From Bdellovibrionota bacterium FG-2 (GTDB lineage: Bacteria > Bdellovibrionota > UBA1018): a DNA stretch of 11,397 bases. The translations under genes and the position numbers were made by a program. Location: positions 1-11,397 of the forward strand of contig JBBCAV010000267.1 in NCBI GenBank assembly GCA_051382305.1, in the 5' to 3' direction. The notes under the pieces were generated by a model. That model had not been told where the DNA came from. It worked only from the letters and a program-made list of their open reading frames with translations, and ran no database searches. Below are positions 1 through 7,136 of this stretch, piece by piece (position 1 is the first letter of the stretch; each line of letters opens with the position of its first letter).

Positions 1-1092
1 GACTATAATGGTTTCAAGGTTTGCCTAGGAAAAGACACCGTTCATGGAAAACAGATTCAAGAACTTCGCATCATCATGGAGCAGCTTATTTTAGATAAGT
101 CGTCACCACAATTCATAGGAAAAGTAACTGAATACCCAATTATTCCTGCTTATGTTGACTATCATATTAAACTCGCTCCAAAATTGAAGCGAAAGCGAAT
201 CGTGCTAGATGCCGGAAATGGAACCGCCTCAACTGTGGCTCCCGCGCTTTTTGAAAAACTGGGAGCCGAGGTGATTCCTCTCTTTTGTGAATTGGATGGG
301 CGCTTTCCAAACCATCATCCAGATCCCACAGTTCCAGAGAACCTCAGGCACCTTATCTCAAAAGTAAGAGAAACCAAAGCTGACCTGGGTATCGCATTTG
401 ATGGTGACGCTGACCGCGTTGGCCTCGTTGATGAAACAGGCCGAATCTTTTACGGCGACGAAATCATGGTTCTTTTCTCTCGGGCTGTTCTAAAAGAAAG
501 GCCGGGCGCAATCATCATTTCTGAGGTGAAATCAAGTCATCGCCTCTATAACGATATCGCTGAAAAAGGCGGAAAGCCTTTGATGTGGAAGACGGGACAT
601 TCTCTTATTAAGTCAAAAATGAAAGAAACTGGGGCGGCGCTTGCCGGGGAGATGTCAGGACATATCTTTTTTGCTGACCGATATTTTGGATTTGATGACG
701 CCATTTATGCCGCCGTCCGCCTTTATGAAATTGCATGTTCCACATCGGCGCCGTTTTCGACCTTACTCGGAGATTTGCCAAAAGTAGTTTCTACCCCTGA
801 GATTCGCGTCGAGTGCGTTGAGGATAAGAAATTTGAACTTGTCGCGGCTGCAAAGAGAATCTTAAAAACCAAGCCCTATAGCATTAATGATATCGATGGC
901 GTTCGTGTGGATTTTGGCGACGGATGGGGGCTTATTCGGGCATCGAACACGCAACCCGTTCTTGTGCTTCGTTTTGAAGCTGTTTCACAGCAGCGACTGC
1001 TTGTTTTGCGTAAAGAAATTGAGTCCGCGCTCGCGGCCGCCGCTAAAGAAATTGGCCATCCCGACATAAACACCGAAGGAGGCCATGTTTAA
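1..1092 (+). CDS. algC: Phosphomannomutase/phosphoglucomutase (alpha-D-phosphohexomutase, PMM/PGM subgroup), 5'-truncated by the window
   Basis: The frame is open from base 1 ([11 protein letters not shown]..., the motif that follows the catalytic SHNP loop), so the ATG at 76 is internal. Motifs: FDGDADR (metal-binding loop), GEMSGH (sugar-binding loop), RASNTQP (phosphate-binding loop), [11 protein letters not shown]. Stop TAA at 1090-1092. The symbol could equally be manB/pgm. Confidence 0.95.
   Translation, partial: DYNGFKVCLGKDTVHGKQIQELRIIMEQLILDKSSPQFIGKVTEYPIIPAYVDYHIKLAPKLKRKRIVLDAGNGTASTVAPALFEKLGAEVIPLFCELDGRFPNHHPDPTVPENLRHLISKVRETKADLGIAFDGDADRVGLVDETGRIFYGDEIMVLFSRAVLKERPGAIIISEVKSSHRLYNDIAEKGGKPLMWKTGHSLIKSKMKETGAALAGEMSGHIFFADRYFGFDDAIYAAVRLYEIACSTSAPFSTLLGDLPKVVSTPEIRVECVEDKKFELVAAAKRILKTKPYSINDIDGVRVDFGDGWGLIRASNTQPVLVLRFEAVSQQRLLVLRKEIESALAAAAKEIGHPDINTEGGHV
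1075..1082 (+). promoter_or_regulatory. Shine-Dalgarno sequence for uvrA, embedded in the last codons of the PMM/PGM gene
   Basis: GAAGGAGG lies just before CC-ATG (1085). The spacer is unusually short. Confidence 0.6.
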
Positions 1093-3745
1093 GAGTAGCG
1101 ACGAGACCTTAACGGTAAAGGGGGCTCGTGTACATAATCTAAAGAATGTTACACTGAGTATCCCTCGGGATAGATTGATTATTTTTACCGGCCCTTCGGG
1201 CTCCGGAAAATCCTCTTTAGCTTTTGATACCATTTACGCAGAAGGGCAGCGCCGATACGTGGAAAGCCTTTCCGCCTATGCCCGCCAGTTTCTTGAGAAA
1301 ATTGGAAAACCTGATGTCGACGACATATCGGGACTTAGTCCTACGATTTCTATTGATCAAAAAACAACATCCTACAATCCTCGATCGACGGTTGGGACCG
1401 TCACCGAAGTTTATGACTATCTTCGGCTTTTATATGCGCGCATATCAAAACCATTTTGTTATAAATGCGAGCGCCCCATTCAATCCCAATCTCCCCAGCA
1501 GATTACGGATCACATTCTTACTTTTCCAGAAAACACAAAACTTGCTATTCTCGCCCCTATTGTGCGCGGCCGAAAAGGGGAATATCAGAAAGAGCTGCTT
1601 CAATTACGGCAAAATGGTTTTGTTAGAGTTAAAATTGACGGAGAAACCCTAGATCTTTCTGACAAAATCCAAGTAGAGAAGAACAGGAAACACGACATAT
1701 CTGTTTACGTGGACCGACTTATCTTGAAGGGTGATCCAAGTCTTCTTGCGGCACGAGTTAGTGACTCCGTTGAACTTGCGTTACGCCTGGGCGAGGGGTT
1801 GATTCTCCTTGAGACTCTCGATCAGGGAGCGCCCAAAGGCGCGCCCACCGAAACATTGATGTCCGAGAAGTTTTCGTGCACCTATTGTCAGATTAGCTAC
1901 CCCGCGCCGGAACCACGAACCTTTTCTTTCAATAGTCCGATGGGCGCCTGCCCGGAGTGTGAAGGGTTGGGATTTGACCACGCTTCAGCAGAGCTCCTTG
2001 CCGCCGAAGAGCTAAGCGACCCCTCAGGAGCTGCTGGCTCTGCGCCTTCGTTCTCCTCTAGACAAGTGCTCCCATGCCCCTCTTGTAAGGGTGCGAGACT
2101 TCGGCCTGAGAGTCTTCATCAACGAATTTATGAGCAGGACATTTCTGATCTTTCGCGGCTTTCGCTCGAAGAGTTGCTCACCTTTTTTTCAACTTTAAAA
2201 CTGACCCAAAGAGAGCAGTTGGTTTCTGATCGAATCATACGCGAAATCCAAGATCGTCTTGGCTTTCTGATTTCTGTGGGCGTGGGCTATCTTTCTCTTT
2301 CTCGATCTGCTCAGTCCCTCTCAGGAGGAGAAACTCAGCGCATTCGCTTAGCCACGCAAATCGGCAGCGCGCTGGTTGGAGTTATCTATGTTCTTGACGA
2401 GCCAAGTATTGGTTTGCATCAACGAGACAATGAGAGATTACTTAAAACTCTTTTTCGACTTCGCGACATGGGAAATACCGTCATCGTCGTCGAGCATGAC
2501 CGTGAAACGATCGAGGCGGCCGACTGGGTTGTCGATCTCGGGCCAGGGGCTGGGACGCAGGGCGGAGAAGTGGTGGCGTCAGGGACGCTGTCCGATATTT
2601 TATCTTCGAAAGAGAGTTTGACCGCTCAGTATTTGTCAGGCTTTCGAGAGATTCATGTGCCCTCCCTGAGGCGTGTATGGGCTAAAGATCGGGTAATTCA
2701 CATTGAGGGTGCCCAACAGAATAATCTTAAAAGTATAAGTGTAGATTTTCCACTGGGTGTTTTTTGCTGTGTGACTGGGGTTTCTGGAAGTGGAAAGAGC
2801 TCCTTGATTGTAGACACCCTTTATCCTTTACTTGCTCAGGAGCTCTATTCCTCAAAGGTGGGGGATCTAAAGATCAAAGGCTTTTCTGGAATCCAGCACG
2901 TCGATAAGGTTATCGACATTGATCAAAGTCCAATTGGCCGAACTCCGCGCTCGAATCCCGCAACTTACACCGGACTTTTCAGTTTGGTGCGCGATTTATT
3001 TTCTCAACTCCCGGAATCAATGATCCGAGGATTTCTTCCCGGGCGCTTTTCTTTTAACGTCAAGGGGGGCCGGTGTGAGAATTGTCAGGGCGATGGACTG
3101 ATGAAGATCGAAATGCATTTTTTACCTGATGTTTTTGTGGAGTGTGAAACGTGTCGAGGTTTACGCTACAATCGAGACACCCTCGACATTCGTTACCGTG
3201 GGAAAAATATTGCAGAGGTTCTTGATATGACCAGCAGCGAAGCCCTGATATTTTTTGATGCGGTCCCATCAATCAAGGCAAAGCTGAGCATTTTGAACGA
3301 AGTGGGCCTGGGTTATCTTCACCTTGGGCAAAGTTCCACAACCCTTTCGGGTGGAGAATCTCAGCGTATCAAGCTAGCAAAGGAGCTATCCAGACGAAGC
3401 ACGGGCAGAACGGTATATATTTTGGACGAACCCTCTACTGGTCTTCATTTTGATGATGTTAATAAACTTATTAAGATTCTTCAGGCCCTTGTGGAACAGG
3501 GGAATACGGTAATCGTAATTGAGCACAATCTTGATATTATCAAGGTCGCTGATCATATTATTGACCTTGGTCCGGAGGGAGGTCTGTCGGGCGGGAGCAT
3601 CATTGCGCAAGGCACCCCTGAGCAGGTTATCGAAACATCTCTCAGCATCACGGGTTCATATTTGCGCCCGTATTTAGCGCGCCAGAAAAATCTAGCGCCT
3701 CTAAAACCTCAAAAAAGTCCTTCGAAGAAAGGGGGCCATCCGTGA
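1085..3745 (+). CDS. uvrA: Excinuclease ABC subunit A (UvrA), 886 aa, insertion domain largely absent
   Basis: N-terminal [10 protein letters not shown]; two Walker A motifs ([18 protein letters not shown]); [12 protein letters not shown]; two LSGGE signatures; Walker [10 protein letters not shown] and LDEPSTGLH; Cys pairs CYKC, CTYC, CPEC, CPSC, CENC, CETC; C-terminal DLGPEGG. Confidence 0.99.
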   Translation: MFKSSDETLTVKGARVHNLKNVTLSIPRDRLIIFTGPSGSGKSSLAFDTIYAEGQRRYVESLSAYARQFLEKIGKPDVDDISGLSPTISIDQKTTSYNPRSTVGTVTEVYDYLRLLYARISKPFCYKCERPIQSQSPQQITDHILTFPENTKLAILAPIVRGRKGEYQKELLQLRQNGFVRVKIDGETLDLSDKIQVEKNRKHDISVYVDRLILKGDPSLLAARVSDSVELALRLGEGLILLETLDQGAPKGAPTETLMSEKFSCTYCQISYPAPEPRTFSFNSPMGACPECEGLGFDHASAELLAAEELSDPSGAAGSAPSFSSRQVLPCPSCKGARLRPESLHQRIYEQDISDLSRLSLEELLTFFSTLKLTQREQLVSDRIIREIQDRLGFLISVGVGYLSLSRSAQSLSGGETQRIRLATQIGSALVGVIYVLDEPSIGLHQRDNERLLKTLFRLRDMGNTVIVVEHDRETIEAADWVVDLGPGAGTQGGEVVASGTLSDILSSKESLTAQYLSGFREIHVPSLRRVWAKDRVIHIEGAQQNNLKSISVDFPLGVFCCVTGVSGSGKSSLIVDTLYPLLAQELYSSKVGDLKIKGFSGIQHVDKVIDIDQSPIGRTPRSNPATYTGLFSLVRDLFSQLPESMIRGFLPGRFSFNVKGGRCENCQGDGLMKIEMHFLPDVFVECETCRGLRYNRDTLDIRYRGKNIAEVLDMTSSEALIFFDAVPSIKAKLSILNEVGLGYLHLGQSSTTLSGGESQRIKLAKELSRRSTGRTVYILDEPSTGLHFDDVNKLIKILQALVEQGNTVIVIEHNLDIIKVADHIIDLGPEGGLSGGSIIAQGTPEQVIETSLSITGSYLRPYLARQKNLAPLKPQKSPSKKGGHP

Positions 3746-5246
3746 TTCTTAAGCTCTCCGATGGCGCGCCTTTCTCTTGAAAATATTCAGTTCGTGAATG
3801 CTGGTATTCTTTAAGGTCTGAAGCGAGCTGCGTTTGAATCTCAAAGAGCTGCTTCTCGACCTCCTCCAGTTTGGAAATAAGGCAAATATCGTCCTTGAAT
3901 TTTTCTTCCCGCGTTCCGATCGTGTTTAGTCTATCTAAAATGTCGTCCCTTTTAGGTACAATTAAGTGCACAAGCGCGAGGGTGTTAAGTACGTCCTGAC
4001 TCTTGGAGACCATCTGACCCCAAAGGCGTGACTGGCTTCTTCCTAGGCGTCCCGAGGCATAAAGTCCAAGGGAATAGTGATTCGCCTCTGACGAGGAGTT
4101 CGCCAATTTATCCTCTGAAAACGAGGCTCTAATCGCCAGGATTAAATCCCGACGCTGATCTTCAAGGCCGACCGATAAACTGCCGGAGGCTCTTCGAAAA
4201 AAATCAGTGCTAAAACTTGTATTTAATAGAAACGCGACTAACGGATCGTCAAAGACTTTATTTTTTCTTGCAAACAGCTCCAAGGAGGAAATTACGGCTT
4301 GTTTTTCTGTTGGGTTTCCGTACTCCAAAACGTATTTTACTCGCGCAGCGGCGGAGAGGTCCCAGCCCCGTTGTTTTCCAAGGGCCGCGAGCCAATGCTC
4401 CCGAAGCTGAACCTCTAGGACATGCTTCTCTTCTGTTGGGATGGGATTCACTTTTTCGTTAGCACCCGCCAACAGTTCGAAACCGTCCGTCGTCAGGGCG
4501 ACGCCTCCCTTTAGTCGTGGGTTTTTCTCTATCCCAAAATTACTAACAGAGCCGTACCAGCCTAAACGATATGAGTCCTTGCTTAGCTTCATAAACCACC
4601 CGGAGAGGGCTATGTCTCCCTGATTCAGAACGAGCTCGCCTGCGAGTGCCGCGATCGCAATAAGAACCGCATTTTCTGCGACTCCTCGTTTCAATCTCCC
4701 CCATCCTGAAGCTTCTTTTGGAAACAGCGGAGTTTGAGCTGCCAAAAAAACTCCCAAGTCCGTTAACTCTTCGACCGAAAAATATCCGGAAATCGAGTTT
4801 ACAAATCGGGAAACCATTTGCTCTGCGTCTTTTGAGGATAAAGATAAAACGACTGAACTTGTGCTTTGGCTTTCCCTTACGCGCGAAGTGTCTGAACGCT
4901 CCATCTGCATCATCGAAACCCGCTCCGCTATTGCGGAGTAAAGGCGAAGCCGCATTTGGGGTGGAAGAAGCCCAATTTTTGCGCTCGTCGTCGCAGAGAG
5001 GGTCCACGGATCTCCGACGATACGATCAATTTCTTCATTAGAATGAAAAACTGGAAGCTCCCCAACCAGAATAACGAATTTTTTAGCAAGTTTACCGAAC
5101 TCTGATGTTTCTTTTTGTTGTGAGCTGTCCGTTGACACGGGCTCCGGCTCATTTGCACAAACCGCCGCCTCATACCCCAGAAGGCCGCTGAGCAAAAAAG
5201 ACAAAATAAGGGCGAGGCAGATTCGCCGTCTCAAAGAAAGCTTCAT
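3648..5246 (-). CDS. Hypothetical secreted/outer-membrane protein, 532 aa
   Basis: A long ORF that fills the gap between uvrA and the atpE terminator. It has a Sec-type signal peptide (MKLSLRRR, hydrophobic core, AVCA|NEPEP), a polar linker, a helical N-region, alternating beta-strand patterns at aa ~211-402 and a coiled-coil-like C-terminus. No family recognised. Confidence 0.8.
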   Translation of the reverse strand: MKLSLRRRICLALILSFLLSGLLGYEAAVCANEPEPVSTDSSQQKETSEFGKLAKKFVILVGELPVFHSNEEIDRIVGDPWTLSATTSAKIGLLPPQMRLRLYSAIAERVSMMQMERSDTSRVRESQSTSSVVLSLSSKDAEQMVSRFVNSISGYFSVEELTDLGVFLAAQTPLFPKEASGWGRLKRGVAENAVLIAIAALAGELVLNQGDIALSGWFMKLSKDSYRLGWYGSVSNFGIEKNPRLKGGVALTTDGFELLAGANEKVNPIPTEEKHVLEVQLREHWLAALGKQRGWDLSAAARVKYVLEYGNPTEKQAVISSLELFARKNKVFDDPLVAFLLNTSFSTDFFRRASGSLSVGLEDQRRDLILAIRASFSEDKLANSSSEANHYSLGLYASGRLGRSQSRLWGQMVSKSQDVLNTLALVHLIVPKRDDILDRLNTIGTREEKFKDDICLISKLEEVEKQLFEIQTQLASDLKEYQHSRTEYFQEKGAPSESLRITDGPLSSKDFFEVLEALDFSGALNTGANMNP

Positions 5247-5260
5247 CGCTCACTTGAATT

Positions 5261-5276
5261 TGCAGAGAATGTGCCG
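5261..5276 (-). promoter_or_regulatory. Putative sigma54 (RpoN) -24/-12 promoter for the 532-aa gene
   Basis: The minus strand reads CGGCAC-ATTCT-CTGCA, with exact GG-N10-GC spacing and close to the consensus TGGCAC-N5-TTGCW. It is correctly oriented, intergenic and downstream of the atpE terminator. Confidence 0.6.
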
Positions 5277-5367
5277 CAACGGATGGATAAAACAGTGGGT
5301 CAGCCGGATGTTTTTATTGGTGATTTTGACGCTGCCAGAAAAATAAACCTCCACAAGGCGCCCGGGG

Positions 5368-5384
5368 TGTCTGAGTTTTTGACA
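5368..5384. promoter_or_regulatory. Candidate activator (bEBP) binding dyad
   Basis: TGTC-N9-GACA inverted repeat (TGTCTGAGTTTTTGACA), about 118-134 bp upstream of the predicted sigma54 start site. Confidence 0.3.
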
Positions 5385-5388
5385 GGAG

Positions 5389-5428
5389 AAAAAAAAATAG
5401 CCGAAACCAGGTTTCCCCGGCTTCGGCT
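5389..5428 (-). terminator. Rho-independent terminator after atpE
   Basis: The minus strand reads AGCCGAAGCCGGG-GAAA-CCTGGTTTCGGCT-A-T9. This gives a 13-bp stem with two G-U pairs (which pair only on this strand), a GNRA tetraloop and a 9-U tail, starting 28 nt after the atpE stop. Confidence 0.93.
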
Positions 5429-5456
5429 TAAAAACTTATTCGTTTTCGTCCTGAAA

Positions 5457-5771
5457 TCAGGTTTTGATTTTTACGAAAGCGATAACGAAAGCATACAGAA
5501 CCAATGACTCAATAAGAGCTAAACCAATAATCATTGGAACGAAAATCTTTCCTTGAGCGGCAGGATTACGAGCAATGCCTTCAAGAGCGGCGGCAGCCGT
5601 TTTTCCTTGCCCCAAAGATCCACCGAAAGCTGCGAGCCCAATGGCCAGTGCTGCGCCCAAAGACGCATACTGGTCACCGCCTGCAGCGCCCCCCTCGTTG
5701 GCCATTGCTGCTGTTGCAAAAAAGGCCACAAGTAAAGTACCCAAAATAAACATCGTTTTACGAAAAGTCAT
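5457..5771 (-). CDS. atpE: F-type ATP synthase Fo subunit c with N-terminal signal-peptide-like extension
   Basis: Gly/Ala-rich helix (GLAAFGGSLGQG), loop IARNP, essential Glu in LALIESLVLY. SD-like AAAGGA upstream; it follows atpB. Confidence 0.98.
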   Translation of the reverse strand: MTFRKTMFILGTLLVAFFATAAMANEGGAAGGDQYASLGAALAIGLAAFGGSLGQGKTAAAALEGIARNPAAQGKIFVPMIIGLALIESLVLYAFVIAFVKIKT

Positions 5772-5790
5772 CGAAGCTTCTTCCTTTCTC

Positions 5791-6504
5791 TTAATGATCG
5801 TGTGCTGTTGACAATGATATGTAGACCATCGTCATCAAACAGAAGACGAAAGCCTGAATAAAGGCCACAAACACTCCCAACCCGTAAAAAACTACAGGCA
5901 GAAGGTATGGAACCAAACTACTAAAAACACCCAAAACTACGTGATCCCCCATGATGTTCCCGCGTAAACGAAGGGCCAACGATAGGGGCCTAAAAATATG
6001 GGAAGCCACTTCAATAACCAACATCAGTGGGGCGAGCCATAATATCGGCCCTAAAAAATGTTTTAAATATGCAATCCCGTGCGCCCGGAGCCCTGCAAAA
6101 TTATAGTAAATGAACACAAATGCGCCCAAAGCGAGTGTCGTGTTCAGATTTTCAGTCGGTGGAAGAAGTCCCGGAATTAGACCGATGATATTCGAGGTAA
6201 AAATAAATACAAAAAGTGTCCCAATAACAGGAAAATAGATTGGCGCATCATGATGGCCAATGACCGACTCCGTAAGTTTATAAAGACTTTCGGCGGCGAT
6301 TTCGAAGAAGTTCCTATAGGTAAGCGTCGAATCGGGAACGAGGCCACCCTCCATTGTTTTCATCACGCGGGAAAGCTGCTGTCGCGCTATCCAGGTTGAG
6401 ACCACAAGTAAAGAGGCAACGATCCCAGCCATCACGACGTGATTTGGATAGTCTCTCAAAACGGGTACAAGCTGCAGCCAATTAAAAACCTGCCCCTCAT
6501 GCAT
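5791..6504 (-). CDS. atpB: F-type ATP synthase Fo subunit a
   Basis: FIFTSNIIGLIPG, PPTENLNTT, RPLSLALRLxGN (essential Arg) and IQAFVFCLMTMVY. The start overlaps the upstream stop (ATGCATGA). Confidence 0.98.
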   Translation of the reverse strand: MHEGQVFNWLQLVPVLRDYPNHVVMAGIVASLLVVSTWIARQQLSRVMKTMEGGLVPDSTLTYRNFFEIAAESLYKLTESVIGHHDAPIYFPVIGTLFVFIFTSNIIGLIPGLLPPTENLNTTLALGAFVFIYYNFAGLRAHGIAYLKHFLGPILWLAPLMLVIEVASHIFRPLSLALRLRGNIMGDHVVLGVFSSLVPYLLPVVFYGLGVFVAFIQAFVFCLMTMVYISLSTAHDH

Positions 6505-6901
6505 GCTTCAAAACCCTCTGACTCCATAAAAATCCGCCAAAAAGCGGAACGATTATTAAAGTTCCAAGCCCCAAAAGCATTGCTCCCCTCGAGATCGAGG
6601 AACCTAAAAATAGCACTACTCCGAAAGCTCCCAAGCAACCTATCTTAAGAAATCCCCAATAGAAAGACTGAATTATAAGCGCAGGTCTTTTTTCAACGCT
6701 TTTTTCATCTCCTGCGGCCAAGATTAAAAGGGTAGAAACGACTTTGGTAAGCGCAAAAAGATCAAAAACCGAAAGACCCCAAAAACACAAAAACCAAGCG
6801 ATACTTAGCTTAGCCTCGCCGGAAGAAAGCGCCAGCGACAGGAGTGTCCCGAGAACTAACCATCCGAGAGCGCACCATAGAAAAGGTTTTAACTGACCCA
6901 C
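6497..6901 (-). CDS. atpI: ATP synthase protein I-like membrane protein (about 134 aa, 4 predicted TM helices)
   Basis: Four hydrophobic segments, located directly before atpB. Start re-assigned to GTG at 6901 (1 nt after the upstream TGA, with GGGGG 8 nt upstream) rather than 7057, which would overlap most of the upstream gene. Confidence 0.75.
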   Translation of the reverse strand: MGQLKPFLWCALGWLVLGTLLSLALSSGEAKLSIAWFLCFWGLSVFDLFALTKVVSTLLILAAGDEKSVEKRPALIIQSFYWGFLKIGCLGAFGVVLFLGSSISRGAMLLGLGTLIIVPLFGGFLWSQRVLKHA

Positions 6902-6902
6902 T

Positions 6903-7121
6903 TCAGAAACCCCCGTCCTTTTTTGATAAAAGGTATAACTTGTACATCGCAAGACCCAGCCCTGCCGTCGAGAAAAACAAAAGCACCCACCAGGGTGCAT
7001 GCCACTGGTGCCAGCAGAAATACCCCAACCCCACTCCGGCGCCGGTGTATCCAACAAGATCCGCGATAATCACCGAAAAATAGCCCAACTGTCGGACCAG
7101 ATTCTTGTTGGGGGGTAACAT
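6903..7121 (-). CDS. atpZ: AtpZ/AtpI-family (ATP synthase 'gene 1') small 2-TM protein, 72 aa
   Basis: Strong SD AGGAGG before the ATG. Pattern GxGxGLGY...W..PW...GLG.AM with a basic tail, typical of this family. First gene of the atp cluster. Confidence 0.8.
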   Translation of the reverse strand: MLPPNKNLVRQLGYFSVIIADLVGYTGAGVGLGYFCWHQWHAPWWVLLFFSTAGLGLAMYKLYLLSKKDGGF

Positions 7122-7125
7122 GTCG

Positions 7126-7131
7126 CCTCCT
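7126..7131 (-). promoter_or_regulatory. Shine-Dalgarno sequence for atpZ
   Basis: TAGGAGGCGAC-ATG on the minus strand. Confidence 0.8.
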
Positions 7132-7136
7132 AAATT

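Noticed and set aside
76..78. ATG at 76 as the PMM/PGM start
   Set aside because: The frame is open upstream with conserved DYNGFK, so the real start lies before the window.
1224..1652. 142-aa alternative-frame ORF inside uvrA
   Set aside because: It lies wholly within a highly conserved gene and has no independent coding evidence.
4543..5007. 154-aa ORF and several short + strand ORFs inside the 532-aa gene
   Set aside because: Arg-rich off-frame composition; the 532-aa frame has the signal peptide and spans the whole gap.
5282..5290. DnaA-box-like TTATCCATC on the minus strand (possible oriC near gyrA)
   Set aside because: A single copy with two mismatches to TTATCCACA; no box cluster or unwinding element.
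5450..5461. Inverted repeat CCTGA-AA-TCAGG over the atpE stop
   Set aside because: 5-bp arms with a 2-nt loop are too weak, and the real terminator is downstream.
5271..5507. 78-aa + strand ORF across the intergenic region
   Set aside because: It runs through the terminator hairpin and antisense into atpE, with no SD or motif.
6902..7057. 52-aa N-terminal extension of the AtpI-like ORF
   Set aside because: It overlaps atpZ in another frame and is not protein-like; GTG at 6901 fits better.
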